A stretch of 63,989 bases of DNA, filler included, from Dimargaris cristalligena (lineage: Eukaryota), in the NCBI GenBank assembly GCA_003614675.1. It is 3 parts of 3 records of this genome, joined end to end, with 100 filler letters (N's around TTAATTAATTAA, not from the genome) between each part and the next. Parts side by side here need not be neighbours in the genome. Positions count along the whole stretch, not along the records: positions 1 to 23,182 come from ML002618.1; positions 23,283 to 46,420 come from ML002619.1; 1 more part is not named here. One strand, written 5' to 3'. Under the pieces are notes generated by a model, which was given only the letters and a program-made list of their open reading frames with translations, had not been told where the DNA came from and did no database searches. Below are positions 11,550 to 24,910 of the stretch, in pieces. The first letter of the stretch is position 1; every line of letters starts with the position of its first letter. The position numbers were made by a program, and so were the translations under genes.

Positions 11550-13893
11550 ATGTCCACGTCCAGTGATAATCTTCCTGGTTCGAGCGCGAGTTCATTCGCT
11601 GAATTAAGTCACCACTCAATTACCTTCATCGGCAACGATGCCCTGGTTCGGCCGGAAGCGTCGAGCGGGCTAACCTGGAATAATATTCATTACCGGGTCC
11701 CTACAAAACCCAAAGGGTTCGGCAAACGAGCAACAGAATCGCGCACGCTCCTCAATAACATTTCGGGGGCCGTAGCCCCTGGCGAAATGGTAGCAATTAT
11801 GGGAAGTTCGGGAGCCGGCAAGTCCACTCTTCTGAATGCTCTCGCTGGACGACTCCAAACGGGTACGCTGAGCGGCCAAGTTTTATACAAAGGAGTCAAG
11901 CGGGATCCCCGGCTGTTCAAGAAGCAGGTCGCATATGGTAAGCCATAGCCCTAATGCCCCAACTGGGATGAATGGTCGTTTTGGTGTTTTTAGTCGTGTT
12001 GACCAAGTGCTTCCCTATGCATCTGAATATTTATCTATCCATGTATTAGTATAATTTATTTATATAATAATTTCAACCACATATTATCTAACCATCGGTG
12101 CTTTTTTGTTTTTCGCCATTGTTTTATCGCCCCGCTTCGTAGTCGAACAGGATGACCTGCTCTATCCCGAGCTAACGGTTAAGGAGACCATTCAATACGC
12201 CGCAACGATGAAACTGCCGAGCCGGGATTTTAGCGCCGAGTCCAAAGCCCGGCGGGTCAATGATGTCATTGAGTGGCTTCGACTCACTGAAACGACCGAC
12301 ACAATGATCGGCGACTCCATGGCCCGCGGGGTCTCGGGCGGTGAACGCAAACGCACCGCCATTGGAGTTGAACTGGTCACTGACCCGGGCTTTTTGTTTC
12401 TGGACGAAGCCACTTCGGGTCTGGACTCGAATTCGGCCCTGCACGTCTGTGAAGTGGTGAAGAGTCTCTGCCGTGCGCGCCATATTGGGGTTCTCATGAC
12501 CATTCACCAACCCAGTGCCAAGATTTTCAACCTGTTTGACAAGGTGATTCTGCTGTGCAAGGGGGATGTGGTGTACGCGGGACCCGTGGCTGAATCCGTC
12601 GATTATTTTGCCCGGCTGGGCTACGTGTGTGCCCAGCACGAGAACCCAGCCGATTTCTTTTTGGACCTTATCACCCTCGACCATACCAACAGCGAGCGGC
12701 TGGCCAAAAGTCAAGCCCGTATCGATTCACTGATTTCGAGTTTCCAACTTAAGGCAAATCAGGACAGTAAGCCCATCCTGACTATCCTGCCCAATCCCAA
12801 GGAAAAGCCCGAATCTACGAAGCCACCATTAATGACAGGTCGGGCCGAGTTTGTCCCACTTCACTTGGCCAATCCGTCCACCGCTAGTTTTGGCCAGTTA
12901 TCCGATCCCCATCTCCCGAATGGACTTACATCCACTCAGCGTAAATCGCACGTAATGTCCTCCAACTGGACAATCAACTTACCCCGCCGCCTATCGCACA
13001 ACAAGTCCAGTCCAGTTGTATCGGCCGGTTGGGCTCTGCCGTGGCTTCGGGAACTAGCCGTGTTACTGGACCGTACCTGGAAGGCCCAGACCCGTTCGCA
13101 TTTCCGGATTATTGCCATGGCCATTCGTCCGCTGATCACCGGCCTGTTTATGGGCTTCACATTCTTCCAACTGGAAACGACCCAGTCGTCCATCCAAAAC
13201 CGAGTCGGATTCCTCTTCTTTATTCCCATCGATTTGGCGTTCGGTGTGGTGGTACCTATGCTCACCACATTCACGCTCCAGGCGGACATCATGACCCGCG
13301 AGCGCAGTGGCGGAGCTTACCGGGTTTCGTCGTTTTACCTGGCTAAATTCCTGACCGAGTTGCCCTTCTGGCTCCTTTTCAACGCCGTGTACCTCACCGT
13401 CATTTATTTTCTGGCCCACCTGCAGTACGACGCCATTAAGTTCTTCACGTACTTGGGTATATGTTTGATGCATGTAGTGGTGTCCGTTTCCTTGGGTTTG
13501 GCCATCGGCTCGGTATTCCGTAATGTACATGTCTCCCAGATGTTGGCCCCCCTATTCATTAACATATTCTTGGTCTTCAGTGGGAACTTGGTTAACTTCG
13601 ACGATATTACCCCCGTTCTGTCTTGGATTCGGTACATTTCCTTCATTACCTATACGTACCAAGCACTCAGTCGAAACGAGTTTACTGGCCTTCACTTCTC
13701 ATGCGACAACCCCGCGACGGAAAGTGCCGTGGGCTGTGTGCTGACGGGTGAGGATGTGTTGACGAAATACTCGCTGGACTCGTTTTCTATTGGCACGTGC
13801 ATTGGCTTATTAGGTGCCCTCACTGTTGCTTTCCATCTCATTACCTACATTTGCCTACGCTGGAAGGCTAAACCCCGCTACCTTTGGATTTGA
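11550..13893 (+). CDS. ABCG (White/BCRP-family) half transporter, ~712 aa; exons 11550-11937, 12143-13893
   Basis: Walker A GSSGAGKST, Q-loop AYV|EQDD formed across a GT-AG intron, signature VSGGERKR, Walker B FLFLDEATSGLDS, H-loop TIHQP, ENPADF, six C-terminal TM helices. Confidence 0.96.
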
Positions 13894-16688
13894 TCCGTGT
13901 GCTATAAATATACCCCTCCCTCTAAACGCCGCTTGGCCCAATTGCATTATTATTTATAAACCAGTTATAACCGTTAAAACAGCCTGTAAGATGGCCTTAT
14001 TGTCGATTACATTACTATCGGCCCCAGTGTCACCCTCTGTACATTGTTCCACAATACTAGCTAGTGTGCTTGGTTGACTCCCCAACTTGAAGGTCACCGC
14101 AGTGTAACCCTCCGGATGCCCTTTAATTAAATTCATCAGGGCACTTCCCGTTGACTGAAATTGAACAGTCGAAAGGCAGGCTAGCACTTTCGGTGTTATC
14201 TCATATGCCTTCGAGATACCTCAACCCCAAATACCTTTCCTGGAGAAATAACAATAGCAGTATTAACAATGTCGCCATGCACTGCTGTATATCTATAAAT
14301 AAAAAGGTTGACCAAAGAACCTGGCCGCTTACACTTGGAGGCTTGGGAACTCATCCTGAATACTCCCTTCATTTTTCCAATGGCCACCCTTCTATATATA
14401 GCCGGTCGTGTATCCAACTCCTCCTTAGGCTAATAAATGCCACGGTGTGGAATATTTATTCGCGTTACCTATGTATAACGTGTTTAAGCCCAGCCAAATC
14501 AGATTCTCCCCAATAAATTTTTCTGTAAGTACGGCCTTCAGCGATGGGTGTGTGATGCAAGGGAATTCGGTTGACCAGCGTTGATGGAAAATCAATGGGG
14601 AGTACAGGTTAACAAGGACTATTGTTAATGAAACGGCATTCGGATGAGGCAAGTGCCCTTCTCCCTGATAAATCGAATGTATACAGATGTGGTACAAGTC
14701 AAAGTAGCTGAACTCCACTACTGAGACGCTACCTCGACTTGATATATTTACCCCATAAATGTATACATTGCATAGTACAGTAGCCATGCAAGTTAACTAC
14801 ATAATAAAAGATAATATTTAGGTCAATAGCACGACCTCCATACTCTAGCCTGATTAACCCTAGACCCGTTTTTATCCAAGAAGGCGCCCAATTTTCTATT
14901 ATGACAGGCATATAGCAGCATCAGTCGAGCTATCTGTACACCAAGGGCCAATCTTGTAGTCACATCCTAAAACCGGCCACTGATTGAAGGGCACGGTAGG
15001 CACGGGATTTCGACTCCGATCGATTGCCAGGCCCCTAGAGTGAACGGTGAGCAGCCGACTCAGCATAGTTCGCTGACACGTAGCGAGTTTCGATACTCTT
15101 GACGAAAAAGAGTGTGGTGAAATAGTGTAATATTGGAGGGAATAGGCCCTGGGAATGTCTAATTGCCTGTCATTGAAGGTCATTGTTCATTGCGGATATA
15201 TCACTTGTATATTTATAGTTGAAAATTATAAATAAATAAAAATATTAGTACCCAAAGGTATAATAGCTTTTATTCCGATTTATGGGTTCTAGCCCAGGTA
15301 TATGTTCCAAATTTTTACACTCAAGACATGTATACACTAACCTCCGGAAGACTCGTTTAGAGTAGTATTAAAAGCATAGAGATGTCGCCCAAGAAATCGC
15401 TGTCCTTAATATGTTTAGACGCAGTGTTGCTATAGCAATGCCGAGAAGCCTGCGCTGGCCATCTACATTATTTGCTTCTCTATAGTGATTGGAATGATAT
15501 TATTCCGAAAATAATGCCACCGCCATTCGGTTAACGTGCATTTGATAACTAATCGCATTTTCTTCCATGGAAGCCCCCTCCCATCATTAGCTTTAGATGA
15601 TATTTTACCCCGCCCCCAACCCCATCTCCTTACATCTCATTTAACGACCCCATAATACCTAAAGTATCAGTCAATTATCAGGGGGTGGGGAAGTGGAAGA
15701 TCGATTGTTGTATAGGAGATGACCAACGATACTGATTAGCCTTGATCGACCGGACAATGTGGCTGAATCGGCAATATCCACTCCACCAGTGTAGAGAGAT
15801 GGCCATTTAATCTGGTCATCAGGACCATCACTGCAATTTATTAACGCTGGATTGAGTAGAAATCGACAAACCTGAGTATGTATCCACCAAGCTGAATCTC
15901 TGAGGAGTGACAAATCTCGGGCAGATGACACATTCCACACTAAGCGAGACTGGGGGGTTATAACGAGCGATATGGGGCGTGTCAAAATGGCACTAGGGGG
16001 GGAGAGGGTATAATCCCACAGTAGGACTTCACACAACCGCCCATCCTAAGTCAGCCAGTAATAATGTGAGGGAAATTACGGCGACTCATCTCTGCCAGCT
16101 TGCTCAACCAACCCCACAAAAAATACAACAGGGGAAGTACGCTAGGAAATACGTATTGGTAGATTACCCCTGTGTAGTTCAAAATTGGATTATCCGGGAA
16201 GGGGGGAAACGACCTGCACCCGCTCCCTCTCTTTCTCTCTCTTCCTGCCTCGGCTTCATTTCCTTTAATTTTCGCTCACCTTGGCGATCGCAGACTATAG
16301 CGACCATAAGAATAGCGGTAAAATCACGACGCTACCGTTTGTGAGAACTAGTACATATATAAGAGCCCCGCGCGTCGCGCCATGGCCCCCATATCAACTA
16401 GTGCTATCCAACCTACAGAAAAGCTGTATATTACGTTTACTGTTTCATAACATTCTTGTCTTCACTATATCCCCACGGCTGTACGTTGTTAGTGCATTCG
16501 CCTTATTAATTTTCTGACTTCCACCCATAGTCGTACCACCACGACTATTTGTCTACCTCAAAACCAAATACTTTTACCATAGTCAACAAAACTACATTTA
16601 CTATAACAGACAGCGTCACCTTTTATTTTCTATAGTACACCATACCTCTCTACACACCATATTTCGCCGCGCCAAAATTATACCCATA

Positions 16689-16997
16689 ATGCCATCTCTT
16701 GCTCGCGTGTGTCTCTTCGCGGTTGCCCTTATCTCGCTCACTACTAGTCTCACGACAGCCGCCCCCACCCCATCGCCCAAGCCTTCCAAATCAGATCGCT
16801 TATCCGATGAGTCATTTTCATCTGACAGCGAGTCTAGCCTTTCTTTAAATGAACATTCCTCAGGCAATTCTGGCTTGACCATCTCCCACAGCGGGTCTGG
16901 AAATGAAAATGAAAATGGGAATGATTCCAACTCGGACAATAATTATAGTATCGGGGTTGCCGGCACTGTCATGCTCATGTTCAAGTCAGATTATTGA
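16689..16997 (+). CDS. Small secreted Ser/Asn-rich protein, 102 aa
   Basis: Signal peptide MPSLARVCLFAVALISLTTSLTTA-AP, low-complexity S/N/E body, hydrophobic C-terminus. TATA-like TATATAAG near 16356. Confidence 0.6.
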   Translation: MPSLARVCLFAVALISLTTSLTTAAPTPSPKPSKSDRLSDESFSSDSESSLSLNEHSSGNSGLTISHSGSGNENENGNDSNSDNNYSIGVAGTVMLMFKSDY

Positions 16998-19900
16998 TTC
17001 GTTTAGCAACCCCATCCATTAAATTGGGGCTTTAATACCCCTATTTTAACTAATTCAATTAAAAGAATAGTATGTCTACCACTTGGGTTATATACCAATA
17101 TTTATTTTATACATACGCTCTGTTAATATCTACAATCACAATGCTCATATTGAACTCGATAATTACTTTAATGTTTATATTACATGCTCGTCTAATATAC
17201 ATATCTTATTACACCTCAGTCACTCTCTAAGGCCACAAATTAAATTATGTCTTCTATGCGATGACCTGTATCAAGTATCCTACATTTAACTTACAATAAA
17301 ATTAAAATTAAAATCCCTCTATAATAGGGATGGGCCGCAGCTCATGCTGCCCTGTAATTGCTATGTAATTCTGGTATGATAACATGTGGTAAAGTATTTG
17401 ATAGCTTTCTAACCTGATATGCAACAGGTCATCTTACTACCAGGTGTGCTATAATGGAAGCATGTTATGTACCCCATCTAAGTAACGATAGTATACCAGG
17501 TATATATTTTTGCAGAGTTCTAAGCCTAATATTAATCAGAGAACATACAACATATATTAGGTAAAAATGATACGATTGCAATGATAAAGTGAATTATGAG
17601 CTAGGGTGTCACAGACAGCTAGGCGAGCATACACTTTACTCGATGTCGGCCTCTATCACCGACGTCGTTGTGGACTGGTCATTAAAAGTCCCGCGCGAAT
17701 CTCGGATTTATTAATGTGACCAATGACCATTGGACTTTGGAAAGTTAGCAATTGTACACAACAACCTTCTACTAAGGAACATTTGTTAGTCAATCATTAT
17801 ATAAGAGTCGGCTTATGTAAAATCTACAAAGTAAGGCTCTATACAAAGAATACCAATAACCAGATCCTAGTGAAAGGGAAGTATATATGAAATGAATTAA
17901 TGAGCTAAGGATTAGCCCAGTGAGCATCGGTTTATAGTTAGAGTTATACTACTACTCTGATTCAAATGGGGGAAATCAGGGTGATTAAAATTGGTCGGAT
18001 ATTGTTGGACTAATACTCATCTCAATTTACTAATGGGATTACCCCTCCTCCATTTACATGTCCATATGCCGACTACAGAGCCGAACGCACTTTGTTTGAC
18101 GAAAGCAGCCCATACCGTCCCCAAAGTAGACCTCCCTCCCGCCATTGTATATGCGTCCAAATGAGATAACATTTATCAACAATAGCACCACGGGCGATTA
18201 ATTCATCAACAGCACTTGAGAATGAAATCAAAGGAAGTTGATATTCACATACAAGTGCCCACTCGGCACCATGAGCCAGTTGACCATCTGCTCCAGGAGA
18301 GATAATTACCTGTGCATCAACACTATGTACTCATTGGTCCTATATCTTGGAACTTCGAACACAGTCGGCTTGTCCTTTCGGGAGGGTAAGCAAGACATAT
18401 ATTTATATATATTTATAGTTTTCAGAACTTATGACACCGACCCGCCAAGGTGCCGGGGGCGTCTTCTAAGTAAGATTTTACCCAAATTTAATCGAGAAAG
18501 GGGTAATCGACTATCAACTTTTTTCTGGTCGCTAGTTTATATATTTGAGGTGCAAAAATCAACCTAACCAGAATTTAATAGACGGTAAATATAATTAGGT
18601 GGTGAGTATAGCGGACACTTAATAATACACCTCTGTCGGATACTATGTATATATGTATATATTGAACCTGGGTCAAAAGTGCAAATATATGAATGGATAT
18701 GCTGCTCTCCGCATAGTTGAACAACCTTATCTGCTGGCAAATTAAAATCAACCATCTTATGTAATACTTAGATCGTCGGTAGCGCATCGCAAAGTTCGAC
18801 TGGACCCAATTTAGTAAAAAGCAAGGAAACGAGTAAATCACAATGACCTACGTCTATAATAGGGATAAACCTGGCATGATATGGGCGGGCAGCCCCTAAT
18901 AAGACCGAGTATATCCAACACAGATTCCCAATTTAGGAAAAAGGGCATTATCCGATAGACCATGGCGAGAAGAGAACCCCCCTATTAAGCCGGGCTGTAG
19001 GCTTAACCCGTTCGGGACAGCTACAGGGAGATTGGGAGACATTGCCGAGAACTTTGGAAACATTCCAATGGCACCCTGTTAATAACCATGAAAATAATTG
19101 TCTTGGTCATAAGTAGCACGGAAACTGGATTACTCATCACCTAATGCTTTCCTATTATTTATACCCGACGCTCTTGATGGGACATGTATATAGCGGACAT
19201 ATAGTGTGTCAGGGGATTGTCGCATACACATCTTGCCACTCCCCCTTTTTTAGTTGGTGGTGCCGATGGGATAGGAAACGTCTCATTTAACGGCAATCAA
19301 GAGCTACCCACTAAGTAGCACGGTGGTTCTATCCCAAAGACAGGGAATCACTTTCTCAGTGTGACCGAAAGGGCACATTGTGCTTTTCACTCAACGTTTC
19401 CTGTGCATTGCATGTAAGGGGAGTAAGTTGGGAATATAGTGGTATTTGTTGAATAAGTCGCGATAGGCCGATTAACGTATTAAATGCAATATTTTCACCG
19501 AAGTTACCTAAGGAAGGTATAGGTAACTCCAATTCATAAGTCTTCTATTTTGGAGGATGAAGGAGTAGAGCTGCTATAAACAACAAACGGTAGCTTCAAC
19601 AGCTCTGCTATATCTACTGTGTAGATGGTACTTCGGTCGACTCGATACTGAGTGGAATCTCGAGCAGTTATAAGTATACTGTTAATGAACTATATATTTC
19701 ATATTAGTATGAATTTATTTGGAATGCGTTATAGCATTATCCTTGTAAAACTTCTACAACATCCACCTTATTCATACAAAATAATATCAGCCAAATAGAT
19801 AATTCGGTATACGGCCCGGTTGAGCCGCTCCTGTATGAATTCTATATGATGGGCATGGGTAGGTGGGCTGGGGTCATTTTTCGCGGTTTGGCCCTATGTT

Positions 19901-20277
19901 CATTCATTTATAGAAGCTTGACCCGTCTGTTACCTGTGATTTTTCGGTGATCAGCGAATTGGCTTAATATTGGAGAAGGGGGCGATGGTTAGCACCATAG
20001 ATCTAATAGAACCGACAATTCCGGCCAATCCCCCTCCCTACCAAGCCACGCTAATTACGTCCGCCGACCCTAACTTTGCCTATTCGATCTACATGTTTCT
20101 GCCGACATCAAGAATTTTTGGATGTAGGCAACGGGCGTGTTATATAAGCATACACTCGCACCGACACTCGCCGATGCTCATTACACGGTTCCCCCTTTTA
20201 ATCGTTAGACCTCTGTATATTGTGCATCATCTCCTCACCCACTATTAGCTTCTCTCACTATAATCATTCCCCACCAT

Positions 20278-20496
20278 ATGCAAGCTCGCCTTTTCTTGAC
20301 CTTGGCCTTCGCCACTTACCTCGCTAACTCTGCCGCTCGCCCTGCTTTGGTCTCGACACGTAGTAAATTGAATAACCGCTCCGTGGGCGGGCTCAGCTAT
20401 TCTGGGGCTGGGCTGAGCTCCGGTAACTCCGCATCTAATGACCCAGGCGGCCAACAAAATCCGGCGATTTGGTTGCCATGGTCCTTCAAGTTTTAA
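20278..20496 (+). CDS. Small secreted peptide precursor, 72 aa
   Basis: Signal peptide MQARLFLTLAFATYLANSAA-RP, Gly/Ser/Asn-rich body, aromatic tail PAIWLPWSFKF. TATATAAG at ~20141. Confidence 0.55.
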   Translation: MQARLFLTLAFATYLANSAARPALVSTRSKLNNRSVGGLSYSGAGLSSGNSASNDPGGQQNPAIWLPWSFKF

Positions 20497-22519
20497 CTCG
20501 TTATACAACTAACACACGCTTATCAGTTGCCCCGACCTTTCCCCCCCAATACGATGTAGCGGGATTTATCCTTCCGGCGATATTGGAGCGTCGTCCCAGC
20601 ACAACTAATTACAACAGCCCATCCGTTGCATTATATTGCCGTTTACATTAACCCCTTAAAGGGCCTGTTGGTCGCACAATGCATAGATTTCAAGAACTTA
20701 TGCTTGGAAATTTGTTAGATTATTTTTCAATCTCGACACCGACTATTTTTTATTGTTCCTCCCACTGCTGCATAGGTTGATTATAACTCACCTCAATTGT
20801 TTTTGTTTCATTATAATAATATATAAATTTGTTTTTCACGACGAAGCCCTGACCTAGAATATACTAGTTGAATATAAGAGGGAGGCTACGACCGGATGGC
20901 TTCCCAGCGTATCTACTGTAGTAAATCCGAATGGTGGGTATTAATGGACCAGGGCGACTGCACCGGATATTGGTCCGATTCCATGGCGCCCGTCCCACCT
21001 AATGCGCTAACTGCACTCACAGATCTAAATCTAGAGATTACCAATACCCGGCTAAAAGTCAGCTGACCCGCCTCGTCTTTTTATTAATGAACTGTATCAG
21101 TACCGCCAAGTAAGTTTGGGTATTATCAGCCAAAAAGAATCTACAATCCACTATGCAAAATGGCTTTAACCGGGGGAGTCACACCCGTTTCCTGGCCTGG
21201 TCGCCTCCACTAACCCTTTTCCCTCACTTCCTCCGCCCTTCTGAGCTTTCTCACCCGACATCGACTCCGATAACCAGTGTCTGCTCTCCATCCACTCACT
21301 CTGCTTTACTTCACCCAATCCACTCTTTGTTCCACGGCTCTCCCCCATATACCCCCACACCCCCCTTTCGATTACCCCGTTGGCCCACGTGCCCGTTTCG
21401 CCCTCTCCTCACCATCCCCCCGGCCTCGGTCTTCCCCCCATTTGGCGCACTCCACCGCCTTGACCCACGCGCCCCTCCTCTCACCCTATTATATCACTAT
21501 TCCATTCGCCTTCTATGGACCCTTTCTCCACCCAGACCACCCCGGAAGCCCGCATCGAACAGCTTGTTTCGACCCTCACCCCCGCCACTGCCCAGTCCAA
21601 TCTCTCCGAGCTATTCAAGGTAATATATGGTCAGAGTGGCTAATTGGGCGCTGGCGAGCCGCATATCCTTGGGCGAAGCCCCTGTTTGTATCTTCCTAGT
21701 AGTTGATCCCTTGGACTTCCTTATGTCCCATTTGGAGGGCGGATAATATACCTGGCCCTGTAGGAGGAGTGCCCCTCCCCCTTCTATTCTCTTGAAGCTC
21801 GGTCCTCAGCTCATCGGCACACGGTTTACTAAAGGAGAGGGAGGACCTCTGGGGGGATCCCTGTATGCGGCCCCCTCCCAGTCGCCCTCGCCTGACTTGG
21901 CTGAGGGAATACAGTAAAGTCTCCTGAATCAATGGTGGGAGGGCTATTGTGAAGATTTTGACTATGGTAATGAGAAATTGACCCATGGGGCCTATTTCTC
22001 CGCTCATCTACCAACCAAAAGGGCCGTTGATTGGGATCAGCTCTCTAGCCCATTCATAGATAGACACACACACACCCACATATACAGTCTATATATGCGC
22101 TGCTCCCTCCTCTAAGTTGGATTAGACAACACAATACCACATACATCACACACATTGTGGTTGGCTAACTAGTAGAACGCGGCTCGCTTCTAGCCTTCTC
22201 CTTCTTATGTCGTCCGTATATGCATGGATTACTGTGCCCTTCTGATCCTCCCTCACCCTGTGTATTCTGTTCAACGCTAATCCGCGCCATCTCTTCTGCT
22301 CTACCTCTCTTCATTGTCCCCTTGTCGCATCTCCCTCCCTTGTCCTTTCGCGATCCGCATCATCATCCCCCTATAGCTCATTACCATCTTTGGTCACCCA
22401 GGTTACATCCTCCTACTCCGTCGCCTCTTCTGCCATCTCTTTCCCGATTCCTCTGCCACCGATCCCCTAGCCTCGCCCACTGCTTCGGACTCTCAGTTGG
22501 CCGTCCGCACCGTCCTAGT

Positions 22520-23182
22520 TCACCAGCTGCAATACACTATCCAGCGTTGCACCTTTGCTGATACCGTGTTCCAGTCATCCTGGGACTTGCTAGAGGACAG
22601 TATGGAGCCCGAGACGGGGGAGGTAAGCATAGTATGTAGGGCTACGGCGACCCCTTCTTCGTTGAGGATTTCGGACCGCCGGGCGTCATTGACCTCGTAG
22701 GATTTAAGTACATTAATGAAGGTGTCTGGATCGGAAAGGCACGAGGTCCCTTCCTTCCGCAGAATGGTATCGAGGGAAATGCCGTGGGAGGCCATCGGGT
22801 CGAGACACTGGGTGAGTAAAGATTGGACAACGTCGGAGAGGCCAAAGGTGGATGGGGAAGCGGCAGGGAGGAGGGGATTCACAGTCAGCTGCTGGAGGAT
22901 CTGAACAAGCAACAGACGTGGAGTGGCTTCGGTGGGTATACGGTCGATCAAGATGCGAAGAAGATGAGGGAGCTGACGGGTCAGGTAGTCACTGGCAGCT
23001 TGGCTAAATAGCGAACAGGTGGGACTGTGGCAATAAACGGCAAGGGCAAGGGATTGGAGGGGGTCGTCAGCGACAAGGGCCTGGAGCCAGCGAAAGGGGG
23101 TATGACGAAGTTGGGAGGTAGTGGTGGCGGAATCGAGGGCGGAGTTGTGGAAGACCTGGAACACGGTATCAGCAAACTTTCA
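22520..23182 (-). CDS. Hypothetical helical protein, 5' end cut off by contig end (>=214 aa)
   Basis: GC-rich open frame running from the contig break to a stop at 22520. Leu-rich, no recognised domain. Confidence 0.5.
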
Positions 23183-23282
23183 NNNNNNNNNNNNNNNNNN
23201 NNNNNNNNNNNNNNNNNNNNNNNNNNTTAATTAATTAANNNNNNNNNNNNNNNNNNNNNNNNNNNNNNNNNNNNNNNNNNNN
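23183..23282. other. Artificial contig-joining spacer (44 N + TTAATTAATTAA + 44 N)
   Basis: Identical 100-nt structure at 46421-46520. TTAATTAATTAA gives stop codons in all six frames. Confidence 0.98.
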
Positions 23283-23406
23283 AGTATAAATACTCCCCCT
23301 TGCTGCCACCTCTTAGAACAGTAAGTCTAGCATCACCTTTCCCTTTTTTATTATCTATTTTTCAAATAAAGGTCAGTTTTCAAGGATTTGATTTCAGTTC
23401 TTTACA
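23283..23406 (+). mobile_element. Partial putative LTR (TATA-like TATAAATA, AATAAA, ends ...TTTACA)
   Basis: Shared with 1-55, has promoter and polyadenylation signals and a CA terminus. The contig starts inside it. Confidence 0.55.
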
Positions 23407-24000
23407 CTCTGTCTGTTGCCTGGATTAACTACTATTAGTCAATGAAGAGTCCTGAGGATAGGCTTCTAAGAGTAGGTGGGACTTAGGCATAGCTAAGAGG
23501 TTATTAGTTTTGGGTATAGGGTACAGTACTAACTAATAAAGGCTAGCAGAAGATATATATAAGGGATATATAGCAGGTGTGCTTACTGGTCAGTATGAGG
23601 GGAGAGAATATATATAGAGTTTATTAAGGGTAAATTAAGGGGAATAATAAGCTGAGGGATCTAACCAGTCCCAATGTGGCCCAGTTATATATATATAGGG
23701 ATAGCTCTAAAGGGAGGTCCTAAGGGAAGGATACTACTAAGACTAATGGGTAGGTAAATAGGTTAGCTAAATAGCTTCTAGTATCTGAAAGACTCAGCCA
23801 GTAACTGGAAGAGTCTAATGGATCAGTACTTAAGTAATTAGTATGAAGAGGTAGAGTCTGGATGGGGGAAAGGTTCTATATAATAACTAATGATACTATA
23901 GTACCAGGTGTGACTATGAGAAAGTTAATATAGTACAATAAGACCTAATACAGTTGGGGGTTGAACCAGCTGGATTAAGGTAGATCAAAAGGGCTGATAG
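23407..24000 (+). repeat. Repeat family A, copy 2 (CpG-erased)
   Basis: Aligns to 56-470 and, inverted, to ~24330-24910 (e.g. aagagtcctgaggataggcttc and gggaggtcctaagggaaggatactactaag). Confidence 0.85.
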
Positions 24001-24329
24001 TATCTTAGCTAGCACTTATTATTAGCTAAAAAAGTAATATTAATATATTCGTAGGATAGAATCTCCTTAAAAAGGGGGGACTCTACCTTTATTAGCTAGT
24101 AATAGTAGTTCTTTATAGGCCTGGTTGGCCTTGTAGACTCCCTTATTCACCTAATATTTTTCCTTTTTTTATTAGGGATCTCCTACCCTATGCCTACTCT
24201 CTCACTTTACTGTGTATAGGTTCTCTTTTTCACATTTTTATTTATTTTCACTATTACCTATATATTAGTAACCAGATTACTGGTCCCCTTTATTTTATAT
24301 TAAAATTAGTTCAATAAATTACTGTGTAT

Positions 24330-24910
24330 ATCAGACTATTTAATCTACCTTAATCCAGCTAACTTAGTGTCTGACTTTATTAGGCCTTATAGTATCATAT
24401 TAACCTTTCCATAGTTACCCCTAGTACTATGGAATCATCCTATATCATATAACCCTTCCCTATCTGGACATCACCTCTTCACACTAATTACTCAAGTACT
24501 CATCTAAAGACTCTTCTAGTTACCCTCAGAGTCTTCCAGATACCTGCAGCTATCCAGGGGGCCTATTTACCTATACTTTAGCCTTAGTAGTATCCTTCCC
24601 TTAGGACCTCCCTCTAGAGTTGTCCCCATATATATATAACTAGTCCCAATTAGGATCAGTTAGATTCCTTAGCTTATTCTTACCCCCCCAGTTTACCCCA
24701 ATAAACTCTATACACTCATCCCCCTTAAACTGATTAGTAAGTATACCCACTATACATCACTTGTATATACTTGCACCTAGCCTTTATTGGTTAGTACTGT
24801 ACCATATACCTAATACTAGTAGCCCACTTAGCTGAGCCTAAGCCCTATCTATTATTGGAAGCCTATCCTCAGGACTCTTGATGGATTAAGAGTGGTAAAC
24901 CTGGGTGACA
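24330..24910 (-). repeat. Repeat family A, copy 3, inverted relative to copy 2
   Basis: Reverse complement matches 23410-24000 over ~580 nt, mostly with transition differences. Confidence 0.85.

Noticed and set aside
23227-23238. TTAATTAATTAA palindrome inside N-runs (also 46465-46476)
   Set aside because: Artificial six-frame-stop linker between contigs, not biology.
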